Source: Raja brachyura (taxonomy: Eukaryota). From it: a DNA stretch of 64,000 bases. Below the pieces are notes generated by a model. It made no database searches. It was not told the origin of the DNA and saw only the letters and a program-made list of their open reading frames with translations. A program made the position numbers and the translations under genes. This document shows, in pieces, positions 51,801 to 63,900 of this stretch. The stretch covers positions 5,270,001 to 5,334,000 of the forward strand of contig OY740810.1 of assembly GCA_963514005.1 (NCBI GenBank), given 5' to 3'. How positions within the stretch are numbered: the stretch's first letter is position 1; each line of letters begins with the position of its first letter.

Positions 51801-54800
51801 CCATATAGACTTTGGCTGCACAATATTAGACATTCACCAATCATCCGCCACCTCACCCATGTCTAACGATGATTCGCATCTGTTAGCCAGGACTCCTGCA
51901 TTTGCTTCTCTAGCTTCCCTCCGTGTCCTTGGATACATCTTATCAAGGCCCGGAGACTTATCTACATTCATATGTCTTAGGAAGTCCAGTACCTCCACAA
52001 CTTTAATACTGACATCTCCATTAACAGTCCTAACGTCCCTGGCCTTCATGTCTTTCTCCACGATAAAAGCAAAGGAGAAATATTAATTGGGGACATTGCC
52101 CATTTCCTGCAGCTCCACACTTTGATGACCACGAACGGCTCAGGCACCATCTCAGCAGGTCAGGCATTATCTCTGGACCCAACCCGATACGCCACCTATC
52201 CATGTTTTTCAGATATGCTGCTTGACCTGCTGAGTTACTCCAGAATTTCATGTTTTTATATGAAGAATAAACTTTAATTTATCAACTCTAATTTGCCGCT
52301 CTTCAAGTTGCAGACATTTTTGCTGATGTTATGTGAAGGATCACAGTTGTTCTCCACACATTCCTTCATGCCCTATCCAACAATATAGTCAGCCACCTCC
52401 TTAACCTACTATTGTCCTAGTGCTAAAGGCCCTCCTATAGTTCCTTTGAGAAGGTAGTGGTAAGCTCTTTAAATAACAGTTGGAGAGTTGTGGAGTTAGC
52501 ACAATCATGCAAACCACCCTCCCTTCCACTGGAGTAATCGACACTTCAGGCTGCCTCGGCAAGGCCTCCAGCATAATCAAGGACAAATCTCACCACAGTC
52601 ACTCCCTCTTCCCACCTCTTCAATCAGGAAGAGGTACAGAAGTGTGAAAATGTATGCCTCCAGATTCAGGTACAGTTTCTTCCCAGCAGTTATCGAGCAA
52701 CTGAACCATCCTGTGAGATATTTAAAAAAATCACAAACGCTGTTTGAGACAAAGTCAGCAAAGAAGCTTTTATTAAGATAATATTCTGCAGAATAGGTGC
52801 CTCTCCTTTGCTGTCCCCTAGAGGCACACCAAAGTCAGGAAAGTAAAGTCCCTTTATACACACAATTCTTCTGGCTTCACCTCCCCTCTGGCTCATCCCA
52901 ATCAGAGCACTGAGGTGCACAGTCTATAGGTACGTCCCCCAGTACCTCCCACATCATACATAGCATGTTCATGGTAATGAGCAGTTTCTTGACCGGGGCG
53001 TGTAAGTAATATTCATTTATTTCATTAAGCATGCTCAGTTGCTATTGACCTGGCCTAGTTTCTTGTATTTTAATTGAAAAGCTAGTATCTGGTGATAATG
53101 GCTGCATCCCCCATCTCTGTCTGCCGCTATACAATACTATCAGTGGTGCTCAAGGACGATGCTGGTTACCTCATTCACAACGATGTTAGAATCCTCGCCC
53201 GGACCTTCATAACAGTGGGGGTTTAATCACTCTATTTCTCACAATCCTCCCTTTTTCATTTGCTACGCATTTATTGATTAAACCCCAATTTCAAGCTCCC
53301 TCAGTTCTAATTGAAGTAACATTCTCCTAATCTCCTTCTCCTGTGGACCTTCCCCGGTCGCATTATCATTATTTTCTGTGCTTCCCCCTTTTCTCCCATA
53401 GGTACTACTACAGCCTGTATCTGACTTATACTCCTCGTAATAAGTTCCCTAAAACAAGGGATACAACAGGGGATAAATATCAGCCCAGCCAATGCAGATA
53501 GAAACACAAGTCCCGCCGTTCTCCACCATGTTCCTCCGAGAATGGAATCCCACCATCCGATAACCACAATCGAATTCCACTTTTGTATTGGAACATGTGC
53601 CAACTTCCGGATTCCTTCTGATATGTCCATTACTGCCTGTCCATTGTCATCGATATTTAGGCAGCAAGCTTTTAATTCTGTAAGAGAACGAGATACTGCC
53701 AGTAAATAGTTCCTTAAGAATACATCACTGCCCTCCATGGTGGGTATTCCTTCTATCTTTCCCAAATAAGGTAACCCAAACAACATTTCATAGGGGGATA
53801 CTGCTAACTTTGCATGCGGTCTCCGTTGCTTTTCTCAAAGCCTTTCTGTTTCCCTACTGCTCCAAACATGTGCCAGACTCCATGTACACATGCTGCTCTT
53901 AAAGCCTTAATTTCTGCCAACTGAGCTAAACAAGATTGCAGGCAAGCTTCCAATTTGATTACCTTAAAGTCTAATTCATCATGATGCATCACTACAAACC
54001 CTGCATACTTGCTATTATGATCCCTTTAATAAGAATCATTCACAAGCAAAACCTTTTTGTCCCCTTCATTCAAAGGCTCTGACTGTAAAACATTTCTCAG
54101 ACTTGTGTGTCCTTCTTCCTTCATTATTTTCCTTAATGGCATCACAATTTCAACATACTTTCCAATCTAGTCTGAACTATATCCTGCCATTCCCAAGATC
54201 ACCATCATCTGTCCTACTGTCTGAGGTTTGCGGAACTCCAATTATCACTTCAATTTGATCTTTTAGCTTTTACTTCTTTAGATATTACTCGTCCAAAGTA
54301 TACTACCTGCTGCTGACAAAACAACAACTTCTTCCTTGATACTTTATGACCTCCTGTGCCATCTTTTCCAAGATAATTACAATGTCTCTCTCACATTGCT
54401 TCTCACTTATGGAACAAACCAACAAATCATCCACATACTATATCAACACCTTCCAAATCTGCCTATAACATCTGATTAAAAACATGGGGCTAGTATTTAA
54501 AACCCTGCTGCATCCCAGCCTATGTGGCTTTAATACCTCTTCTTAATGTTCTTACCATAGCTGTGTTCACCACTATCTTAATTTTTTTTCCTGATTACCA
54601 TACCTGTTCGCATCCCCAACACATCTTATCCATTACCTGTCTCCTTACTAGCCTTTCTTGACCTCCTTCTTGAGATCCCTTCCTCCCTTGGGGACCCCAG
54701 TCCTGTCTGGGCTTATATCCAGATTTATTTCACTCATGATAGGGCATTTGAGGAAATACTTTCCCAAATAAATTTATTATTGGCATGGAATTCTCTGGCC

Positions 54801-57800
54801 CCTGTTTGGCTCTGTCGTAGGACTCACTGTGTGTCGGTGCATCACTTATTTCAGACTTTAAACCAGGTCTGTTGTTACTGACAACATTGTCTTTCCTTTT
54901 TTTCACGTTCTTTCTTTTTGAGCTCTTCAAGTTACATTTGCATCATTTTTCTCTGCACCTCTTCCTGCTGGTCTGCAAGTCTTTTTCCTATTTTTGCGAT
55001 ATTTCTCAACCTCATTGACCAAATGATCACTGAATCAGGGGTGGGAAATAGATGACAATCTCACCACCTCCTCCAATCTAGACTTGACTTTAGAAGGAAT
55101 GACATCCACCACAGTGGTTCAGAATATAGTGTTCATTAACTAGTTGCCTTCTCTTTCTTGTTCAGTTTCCAGTCTCCACCTTTTCAGCTTGTTCTCCAGA
55201 TAGGCTGCTGGATTATTGTCTGAGGGCCTGCCATACCCTTTGCCTGACTGTGTCAAACAGCGTGCCATTGTTTATTGCATTGTTCACAGCATTTATATAC
55301 CAGCCATCTTCAGGAGTTCTGTCAGTTTAGTGGTTCCTATCACTTTCACCAACAGTGTCTTCAAATCTCCCATAGCCAATAATCGTCCCACGTTCTCCTC
55401 CTCCAAAGCCATAATCCATTTCCTGCCCCATCAGGCATATTGGGTAAGGTATTTTTTAGCCCTCTCAGTTTAAGGGTGCCCCAAAGGATAATCTGTGTCT
55501 GGCCTTATCTTTTTAAAGCAGTCTCATCAATTTATTCCTTTGTTTCCCACTTTATATTGCACTAAGTGCTATTCCCTTTCTCCTGCATCCCTTTATCCTG
55601 CATCTGTATACTATGGACTGCTTGATTGCCATCATGTGTAGTCTTTTCACTGACTGGATAGAATGCAACTAAAATGCAACAGAATGCAACAAGAATGCAA
55701 CAAAAAAGCTTTTCATTGTACCTTGGTACATGTGAGAGTAATATTAAACTAATCTAATCAAATGCATAATATTAACTAAAATTCTGATTTATATTGGTGA
55801 TTATACAGCATGTCGTAGCATTCAGAAGTCAGTCACCAAATCTTTGTTTAAATTGAACCAGTTTTGTCAGATATTGCCACACACAGTGATTTAGAAGACA
55901 AAACTAATATGTCTTGCCTCTGTATTGGAAGTCCTTTCATTATTGCTCTAACAAAGTTTCTATATTTTAAAATCAAGAGAAAAAATGCACATCATGTATG
56001 CTTGTACATATTTTTCAAATTTTCCAATCTAGCAGTGTTATGGAACCAATTTTTATCCCAACAGTTGACATTCTTAACTTAAAACCCAGTTGGTTAATAT
56101 CCATTGTGGTGGCACATCTTTGACTTTTTGTTAGTTCGAAGAATCTGTAGCAAAACGCATTGTTTAACAGTTATTTTTCTATTACACAGCGACCATACGC
56201 TCGATTAACAGTTGCAATGTTTGTGGAAGACCATGTAGTAATGCTTATCGGAGGAAGAGTCTTTCTCTACCATTCACAAAATAAATCATGGATTCCTTCA
56301 AAAGGTAGACAGTGTTAAGTGTGTTACTTTGACAAAGTATTAATAATTTATACCCTGAGGGCGAGTTTGATCATGACTGGTAAAAATTGGTAGAATAGTT
56401 TATGTTTTGTTCTACAGTATATAATGGTCAATGACACAGAAGTGAGTGGAACTGAAATTCGATAGGGAAAACTTGTTTGCTGCTTCCTCCAATATCTAAT
56501 TTCACCTATATTTTAGAATCCTTGTTTTAAAAATATGCGATAAAATAATTAAAACGTTTGCTCATTATCTTTACAAGAGACGTGTGACTAGTGGTTTGCC
56601 ACAGGGTTCAGTGCTGGGCCCATTACTGTTTGTCACCTGCATCAATGATGTGGATGAGAACATATAGGGTAAGATTAGCAAGTTTGCTGATGTTCCACAA
56701 GTTAGTGGTTTTGCAGATAGTGAAGATGGTTGTGAACGATTGCAGCAGGACACTGGATCGATTGGCCATGTGGGCAGATGGAATTTAATACAGAGAAGTG
56801 TGAAGTGCTGCATTTTAGGACATCGAGCAAGGGCAGGACCTACACAGTAAATGATAGGCCTCTGGGTAGTGTAGAGCAGAGGGATCTAGGAGTACAAATG
56901 CATGGTTCCTTGAAGGTCGAATTGCAGGTAGATAAGGTGATCAAAAAGGCTTTTGGCCTTCATCAGAGTATTGAGTATAGAAGTTGGGAAGTCATGTTGC
57001 AGTTGTATAAGGCATTGGTGAGACCGCTTTTAGTATATTGTGTTCAGTTCTGGGCACCATGTTATAGGAAAGATATTGTCAATGGGTTCAGAAAAGATTT
57101 ACAAGGATGTTGCCAGAACTAGAGGGTGTGAGCTATCGGGAGAGGTTGAATAGGCTGGGTCTCTATTCCGTGGAGCGTAGGAGGATGAGGGGAGATCTTA
57201 TAGAGATATACAAAATCATGAGAGGAATAGCTCAGGTAGATGCACAGTCTTTTATCCAGAGTAGGGGAATCGAGGACCAGAGGACATAGGTTCAAGGTGA
57301 AGCGGAAAAGATTTAATACGAATCCAAGGGGTAACGTTTTCACACAGAGGGTGGTGGGTGTATGGAACAAGCTGCCAGATAAGGTAGTTGAGGCTGGAAC
57401 TATCCCATTACTTCAAAGTCAAAGTCAAAAGAGTTTATTGTCATGTGTGTAAAGTCAAAAGAGTTTATTGACAGGACAATGAAATTCTTTCTTTGCATAG
57501 CACAACAGAACATACTTGACTACAATTATATACGTAAATACACACATGAATGAATAAATTGATAAAGTGCAAATAACAGATGGAGGGGTATTATTGTTCA
57601 GAGTTTTGACCGAGCGAAGTTTAATAGCCTGATGGCTGTGGGGAAGTAGCTATTCCTGAACCTGGTCGTTGCAATCCTCAGGTTCCTGTACCTTCTACCC
57701 GAATGTAGCAGGGAGATGAATGTGTGGCCAGGGTGGTGTGGGCCCTTGATGATACTGCCAGCCTTTTTGAGGCAGCGACTGTGATAGATCCCCTCGCTGG

Positions 57801-58675
57801 AAGGAAGATCAGAGCCGATGATGGACTGGGCAGTGTTTACTACTTTTTGTAGTCTTTTCCTCTCCAGGGCACTCAAGTTGCCGAACCAAGCCACGATGCA
57901 ACCAGTCAGCAAGCTCTCTACTGTGCACCTGTAGAGGTTAGAGAGAGTCCTCCTTGACAAACCGACTCTCCGTAATCTTCTCAGGAAGTAGAGGTGCTGA
58001 TGAGCTTTCTTAATAATTGCATCTGTGTCCTTGGACCAGGAAAGATCTTCATGCACGCCCAGGAATTTGAAGCTCATGACCCTTTCAACCATCGACCCAT
58101 TGATATAAACAGGACTGTGGATCCCCATCCTACTCCTTCCAAAGTTCACAATCAGTTCCTTGGTTTTGCTGGTGTTGAGGGCCAAGTTATTGTGCTGGCA
58201 TCATATAGACAGTTGCTCGATCTCTCTTCTATACTCTGACTTATCCCCATCAGTGATACGTCCCACAACAGTGGTGTCGTCAGCGAACTTGATGATGGAG
58301 TTCGCACTATGACCAGCTATACAGTCATGAATATAGAGTGAGTACAGCAGGGGCTGAGCATGCAGCCTTGAGGTGCTCCCGTGCTGATTGTTATCGAGTC
58401 TGACACATTTCCACCACTGCTTAGGAAACAGTTGGACAGGTACATGGATAGGACAGGTTTGCAGGGTTATGGACCAAGCGCAGGCAAGTGGAACTAGGGT
58501 AGCTGGGACATTGTTGGCCGGTGTGGGCGAGTTGGACCGAAGGGCCTGTTTCCACACTGTATCACTCTACTAGAAACTTTAAGTAATTTATACTTCATCT
58601 CTTTAAGGTATAAACATGAGCATAGATGGGATTACGACCAATCAGTGCTGTATCAATCAAGATCTCTTTTGTAAG
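39814..58675 (+). CDS. CATSPERD: Cation channel sperm-associated auxiliary subunit delta, 5' part: join(39814..39899,42517..42574,44922..44998,50101..50173,56190..56304,58608..58675); continues beyond window
   Basis: Six GT-AG exons join into a 159-codon open frame. Peptides align by eye to human CATSPERD as recalled ([11 protein letters not shown] ~ HPCEKNIALYL; [16 protein letters not shown] ~ KQVFFTMDNFETSLLP; [11 protein letters not shown] ~ DNCCYTGSLFC). Position head-to-head with LONP1 as in human. Confidence 0.9.
40012..41018 (+). mobile_element. Penelope-like element 3' part: RT thumb/linker, GIY-YIG endonuclease and 3' repeat with hammerhead-like core
   Basis: 228-aa ORF with [47 protein letters not shown]; CTGAAGAAGGGTCTCGACCCGAAACGTC at 40932-40959. 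Confidence 0.9.
42517..42574 (+). CDS. CATSPERD: CATSPERD exon 2
   Basis: ttaatag|[20 protein letters not shown]|gtaagt; phase 2 to 0 fits both neighbours; low sequence conservation. Confidence 0.65.
42690..43965 (-). mobile_element. Rex1/Babar LINE RT fragment (frameshifted)
   Basis: [13 protein letters not shown]...[12 protein letters not shown]. Confidence 0.9.
44922..44998 (+). CDS. CATSPERD: CATSPERD exon 3
   Basis: ccag|[27 protein letters not shown]|gtaaga, 77 nt. Confidence 0.9.
46718..47985 (+). mobile_element. CR1 fragment split by the TIR element at 46835-47860
   Basis: ...GGGACTGTCA | TGTGCTGAGAGAATGG... rejoins the CR1 sequence seen at 34250-34290. Confidence 0.8.
46835..47860. 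mobile_element. Non-autonomous DNA transposon-like element, copy 1
   Basis: Imperfect TIRs GTAGCAATGTTACAACA / TTTTGTAACATACCTAT; no ORF; second copy at 50255-51191. Confidence 0.75.
48555..49340 (-). mobile_element. GC-rich non-autonomous retroposon (same family as 10725-11457)
   Basis: CTTTTATTGTCATTC start, CCTCCTCACTGTGATAGAAGGCA block and ACAGATGGACTGCAG end shared with the 10725 copy. Confidence 0.65.
49483..49653 (+). mobile_element. Short SINE-like element with (GAA)n tail
   Basis: Ends TTCGCAAGAAGAAGAAGAAG, same 3' end as the LINE at 17290-17725. Confidence 0.6.
50101..50173 (+). CDS. CATSPERD: CATSPERD exon 4
   Basis: tctag|[25 protein letters not shown]|gtatgt, 73 nt. Confidence 0.92.
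50255..51191. mobile_element. Non-autonomous DNA transposon-like element, copy 2 (left end missing)
   Basis: Colinear direct repeat of ~46931-47860. Confidence 0.8.
51280..52135 (-). mobile_element. Degenerate CR1 fragments
   Basis: [13 protein letters not shown]...GEVADDW and further RT-like remnants. Confidence 0.7.
52712..53243 (-). repeat. 3' LTR, 532 bp
   Basis: TGTGAGA...TCTCACA inverted termini, directly after the polypurine tract; TATAAA (52858-52853), AATAAA (52774-52769). Confidence 0.82.
52712..55560 (-). mobile_element. Internally deleted class-I endogenous retrovirus (gag-pol-env remnants plus 3' LTR)
   Basis: Minus strand: RT YVDDLLV (~54418-54438), RNase [31 protein letters not shown], env [48 protein letters not shown]. 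Confidence 0.88.
56190..56304 (+). CDS. CATSPERD: CATSPERD exon 5
   Basis: acacag|[39 protein letters not shown]|gtagac, 115 nt. Confidence 0.9.
56575..58570 (+). mobile_element. CR1 LINE 3' part interrupted by a Rex1/Babar insertion
   Basis: [31 protein letters not shown]; resumes at ~58420. Confidence 0.88.
57412..58418 (-). mobile_element. Rex1/Babar LINE 3' end
   Basis: [12 protein letters not shown]...[11 protein letters not shown]...[10 protein letters not shown]. Confidence 0.9.
58608..58675 (+). CDS. CATSPERD: CATSPERD exon 6
   Basis: tttaag|[24 protein letters not shown]|gtacat, 68 nt, conserved CC...FC. Confidence 0.9.
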
Positions 58676-60169
58676 GTACATGTTGGACACTTTTATTGGT
58701 TTATTTGTTGCTATGCTAAACATAGCAATTTGGACATATAATACATACAACATGTAAAACATCCTCAGGCATTTCACTGAAATTATAAAAGACAATGGGA
58801 AATTTTAAGTACATAAGGAAATGTCGATCCGATGACCCAAGTCATTGTCAAAGAGATTCAAGACCAAAGTCATGGTTCAATAGAGATTCAAGTAGAGAGG
58901 CGCAGATGCTTAGGGAGGGAGTTCCAAGGCTGAGGGACTAGATAACTGTATAAAGGACAACACAATTCTGTCGTTGGTAGAGCCACTGCCTCACAGCATT
59001 AAAGGCCCAGGTTCGATCCTGACATTGTGTGCTGCCTGTGTGGAGTTTGCACGTGTTCTCCCTGTGACAGCCAGAGTCTCCCCTGGCAGCTCCGATTTCC
59101 TCCTACATCCCAAAGATATGTGGGTTTGGTGACTGACTTCTAAATGTTACAACCTTACCAGAATTTAATTAAACGTTATGTTAAGTCCCACCAAATTGAC
59201 CAATAGAGCAGAGGAAGATGTGGTCAATCACATCAAGCATACAGACTGGCAGCAATGAACAAAGGACAAATTACCATGGTCAAAATCATCCAGGGTCTTA
59301 TTTGCAAATTTGATAAGAGCTATTTCATTGCTTTCTTCATGACTTAAATGAAAAGTCTAATGTACCCAAGCTTGCTAAGGCATCAAGCTATATGGAGCAA
59401 ATAATATTTGAGGAAACAATGTCTGCAAAGAGATAGAAACAGTTTAGCAATTCAGCAAGAGTGAGCTGAAGGGGTATCAAGTAGGAAAATGTAAGATTAT
59501 GTAATTTAATCAAAATAATAGAAAAACAAAATGCTGAGAAATTATTTACCTCTATATCAAGAGTGTATAAACATTGGTGTCTAATTCACCTTCAAGGTAT
59601 TTTGCTGCTTCATTAGGATTGCACTCTTCAATCATGATACTACTGCAACACCACAAATGAATCTTAAAGAAATATTGTTTTTTAATTGACACTCATGACC
59701 AGAGGGGGCAGATCAATCCTGTTTTGTTGCTGGTAATTTGTTGCACAGCTAACTTACAGGGATTCGGCCTTTAAAGTTACTGTGAGGATCAAACCACACA
59801 ACACTGCTCCTTGTGTTGTGGCTGACTGGATAGTGAAAAGGCCAAGGTAATTTACCCAGGTTTAGTGATGGGGGTGAGAAATCCTAATGCATAAAAGAGG
59901 AAGGCTTAAAGGAGCTGGTAAGGGATGATAATTGAGCTGCCAATCGCTACACAATCTATAGAGGCATTAACCACTACCAAAAATTGTGCGATGACAATTT
60001 AACTACTATACAGTTGTCCTTCTATCACAGTTCCATAAGAAAATCATACGTTTCTGCTCCATAGGATGCTCATGCATGCTCATTCCCAAAGGGAGACTCC
60101 TTCCACACCTACATGAACCTTCTTACTGTACTATTTAATCACATTTTTGACTGTTTCATGTCATCATAT

Positions 60170-60445
60170 AACTTTAGTGTAAATATACAACGCGGAACAC
60201 GCCCTTCGTCCCACCGAGTCTGTGCCGACCATGATCACACTCGACACTATGGACAATTTACAGAAGCCAATTAATCTACAAAGCTGTACACCTTTGGAGT
60301 GTGGGCGGAAACTCGAGCACCCAGAGAAAACCCATTCGGTCACAGGGAGAACGTACAAACTCCAGACAGACATCACCCGCAGTCAGGATTGAACCTGGGT
60401 TTCTGGCGCTGTGGGGCAGCAACTCTACCGCTGCGCCACTGTGCT
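60170..60445 (-). mobile_element. V-SINE (HE1-like)
   Basis: Reverse complement of the SINE consensus. Confidence 0.82.
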
Positions 60446-60989
60446 CCAGAGAGAAAACATCTCAAAGCAAAACAAGAACGGCACTCATTTACATTGTGCT
60501 TTGGATGAATAGTCACTGGAAGAAAGTGAATTTATACATAGTATGGCCTCAAAAATAGATTAATAAATGAATCATCCTACTTACAATTAGAAGCTCAAGT
60601 ATAGCATCTCAGCAAAATGGCATCTCCAACAACGTTTCATCTTCTGCTCATTTATCCTTATTTATGATCTAAATTATATTGGGGATTGGGCACACAATCT
60701 CTGACTCAGAGTGAGGTTTGCCAACTGAAGCAGAAAGCAGTTTCCATGATAGTTGATGTAGAATTGAGGAAGCAATGAGGATATTAGATTGATATGGCAT
60801 GTGTTTATCTGCACATTCATCTCTCCACTGTGGGTTTCTAGGCAAGTCATGTGTTATTATTTCAGGCAGAACTGCCTGTAATTGACTACTCAAATTTACT
60901 CACTATGGCTATGTTTGTAAGAACATTAAACCTCATCAGAGATTGCATTTCCAATATATGGCATATTGGCATACTTCCCAAACCACTTC

Positions 60990-63900
60990 CCTCCACAACT
61001 GAGGGAACACGTAGAGAATTGAATGCATGGCTCAAAGACTGGTGTGGAAGAAGTGGGTTTGAATTTGTGGAACATTGGCACCAGTATTGGGGAAGGAGGG
61101 AACTGTTCTGATGGGACGGACTCCACTTGAACCCGACTGGGACCAGAATCCTGGCAAACTGTATAACCAGGGCCGTAGAAAGAGCTTTAAACTAAATAGT
61201 GGGGGGAGATCAACAAACAGGAAGTGGAATGGTAGAGTTAAAGGGAAAAAGAGTGCAGGAAAAGTTACAGAAGTCTCCAGAATTAATGGGAGGGAAAGTA
61301 AAGGTCAGGTAAAATCAGGACTGGTGTGAGAGGGGAGGAGAATACCAAATTAAGGGTGTTGTGTTTGAATGCGCATAGTATAAGAAATAAAGAGGATGAG
61401 CTTGTGGCACAGTTAGAAATTGGTAGGTATGAGTTGTGGGAATTACATAGACGTGGCTGCAAGAGGATCGGAGCTGGGAGCTGAATATTCAAGATTATAT
61501 ATTCTATCAGAAAGACAGATAGGTGGGCAAAGTGGGTGGAGTAGCTCTGTTGATAAGGAATGAAATTCAGTCTGTAGCGAGGGGTGACATAGGCTCAGAA
61601 ATTGTAGAGTCATTGTGGATAGAGTTGAAAAATTATAAGGGTAACGAGACCCTAATGGGAGTTATTTACAGTCCCCCCCCCCCCCCCCCCCCCCCAAAAG
61701 TAGCCAGGACATAGATTTCAATATGCAGGTAGACTGGGAAAATCAGGTTGGTACTGGTTGCCAAGAAAGGGAATTTGTAGAGTGCCTCTGAGATGGATTC
61801 TTTGAGCAGCTTGTAGTGGAGCCTACCAGGGTAGAGGCAGTTCTGGATTTAGTGTTGTGCAATGAGCCAGATTTGATAAAAGGAACTCAAGGTAAAGGAA
61901 CCACTTGGAGGTAGTGACCACAACACGATACGTTATAATCTGCAATTTGAGAGGGAGAAGGTGAAATCATTTGTGTCGGTGTTGCAGTTGAGCAAATGGG
62001 ACTGTAGAGGCATGAGGGAGGAGCTGGCCAAAGTTGACAGGAAAGGGACCCTAGCAGGGATGACGGTGGAACAGCAATGGCAGAAATTTCTGGGAATAAT
62101 TCAGAAGATGCAGGATCTTTTCATTTCAAAGAGGATGAAATATTCTTGGGGGAGGAAAGGGTGGCCATGGCTGACCAGGGAAGCCAAGGACAGGAAAAAC
62201 TAAAAGAGAAGGCATATAACATTGCATATAACAAGATTAGTGGGAAGCCAGAGGAGTGGGAAGCTTTTAAAGAATATGGGGAGAAAAGATGAAATACGAA
62301 GGCAAGCAAGCTAATAATATAAAATAAAAAAGTAAGAGGTTCTTCAGTTATATAATGAGTAAGAAAGAGGCAAGAGTGGACATTTGACCGATGGAAAATA
62401 GTGCAGGAAAAGTGATAATGGGGAATAATGAAATGCCAGAGGAGTTGAATCATTTTTTTTCATAAGTCTTCACTGTGGAAGACACCAGCAAGGTGCCTGA
62501 AATTCAAGAGTGTCAAGGGGTGGAAGTTAGTGGAGTGGCTATTACTAGGGTGCTTGGGAAGCTGAAAGGGCTGTCAGTGGGTATGTCAGCTGGACAGAAT
62601 GGACTGCACCCCAGGGTTCAGAAAGAGGTGGCTTTAGAGATTGTGGAGGCATTGATAGAGATATTTCAAGAATCACTTGAGTCAGGAGTGGTTCCAGATG
62701 ATTGGAAAATTGCCAATTTTACCCTACTGCACAAGAAGAGAGCAAAGCAGAATAGTGGGAACTATAGGGCGGTTAGTCTGACTTCAGTGGTTGGGAAGAT
62801 TTTAGAGTCCATCATAAAGGATGAGGTTACCGAGTACTCAGAAGTTCACGACAAAATAGGCCAAAGTCAGCATGGCTTTGTGAAGGGCAAGTGTTGCCTG
62901 ACACATTTGCTGGAATTCTTTGATGAAGTAAATAGTAGGACAGACAAAGGAGAGTCATTAGATGTTGTTTGCCTAGATTTTCAGAAAGCCTTTGATGTTA
63001 CCAAATGGGAGGCTGCTAAAGAAGATGAGAGTCCCTGGTATTAAAGGCAGGTACTAGCATGAATAGCAGATTGGCTGGATGGCAGAAGGCAAAGAGTGGC
63101 AATAAAGGTTTTTTTTTCTGGTTGGCTGCCAATGACTAGCTGAGTTCCGCAGGGCTCGGTACTGGAAGCACTTCACGTTGTATATTAACGATTTGGATGA
63201 GGGGATTGAAGGCTTTGTGGCCAAGTATGCAGATGATATGAAAATAGGTGGAGGGGCAGGTAGTGTGGAGAAAGCTGGGACTCTGCAGAAGGACTTGGAT
63301 AGGTTGGGAGAGTGGGCAAAGAAGTGGCAGGTGAAATATCGTGCAGCAAAGTGTGGAGTTGTGCACTTTGGTAGTAGGAATAAAGGAGCAGATTATTTTC
63401 TAAATGGAGAGAGAATCCAGAAATCGGAGGTGCAAAGGGACATGGGCATGCTGGTGCAGGATTCCCAAAAAGTTAATCTGTAAATCGAATCGATAGTAAA
63501 GAAAGCAAATGCATTTATTTCGAGAGGGTTTGTATACAAAAACAGGGATGTAATGCTGAGGCTCCATAAAGCGCTGGTCAGGCCGCATTTGGAATATTGT
63601 GAGTAATTTTGGTCACCATATCTGAGGAAGGATGTGCTCACTCTGGAAAAGGACGAGTAGATCCCAGGAATGAGTAAGTTAACATATATGATGAGCGTTT
63701 GACGGTACTGGGCTTTACTCGCTGGAGTTTAGAAGGATGAAGGGATACCTCATTGAAACGTACAGAATAGTGAAAGGCTTAGACAGAGTGGATGTGGAGA
63801 GGATGTTTCCACAAGTGGGAGAGTCTAGGACTAGGGGTCATAGTCTCCGAATTAACGGACGTTCTTTTAGGAAGGAGATGAGGAGAAATATCTTTAGTTA

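Noticed and set aside
60866-60916. 51-nt phase-0 AG..GT segment (AELPVIDYSNLLTMAMF) as CATSPERD exon 7
   Set aside because: No resemblance in length or sequence to the expected next exon as I recall it; the true exon 7 is probably beyond the window
62475-63483. RT ORFs as an active retrotransposon
   Set aside because: CR1 ORF2 is broken by multiple stops and frameshifts
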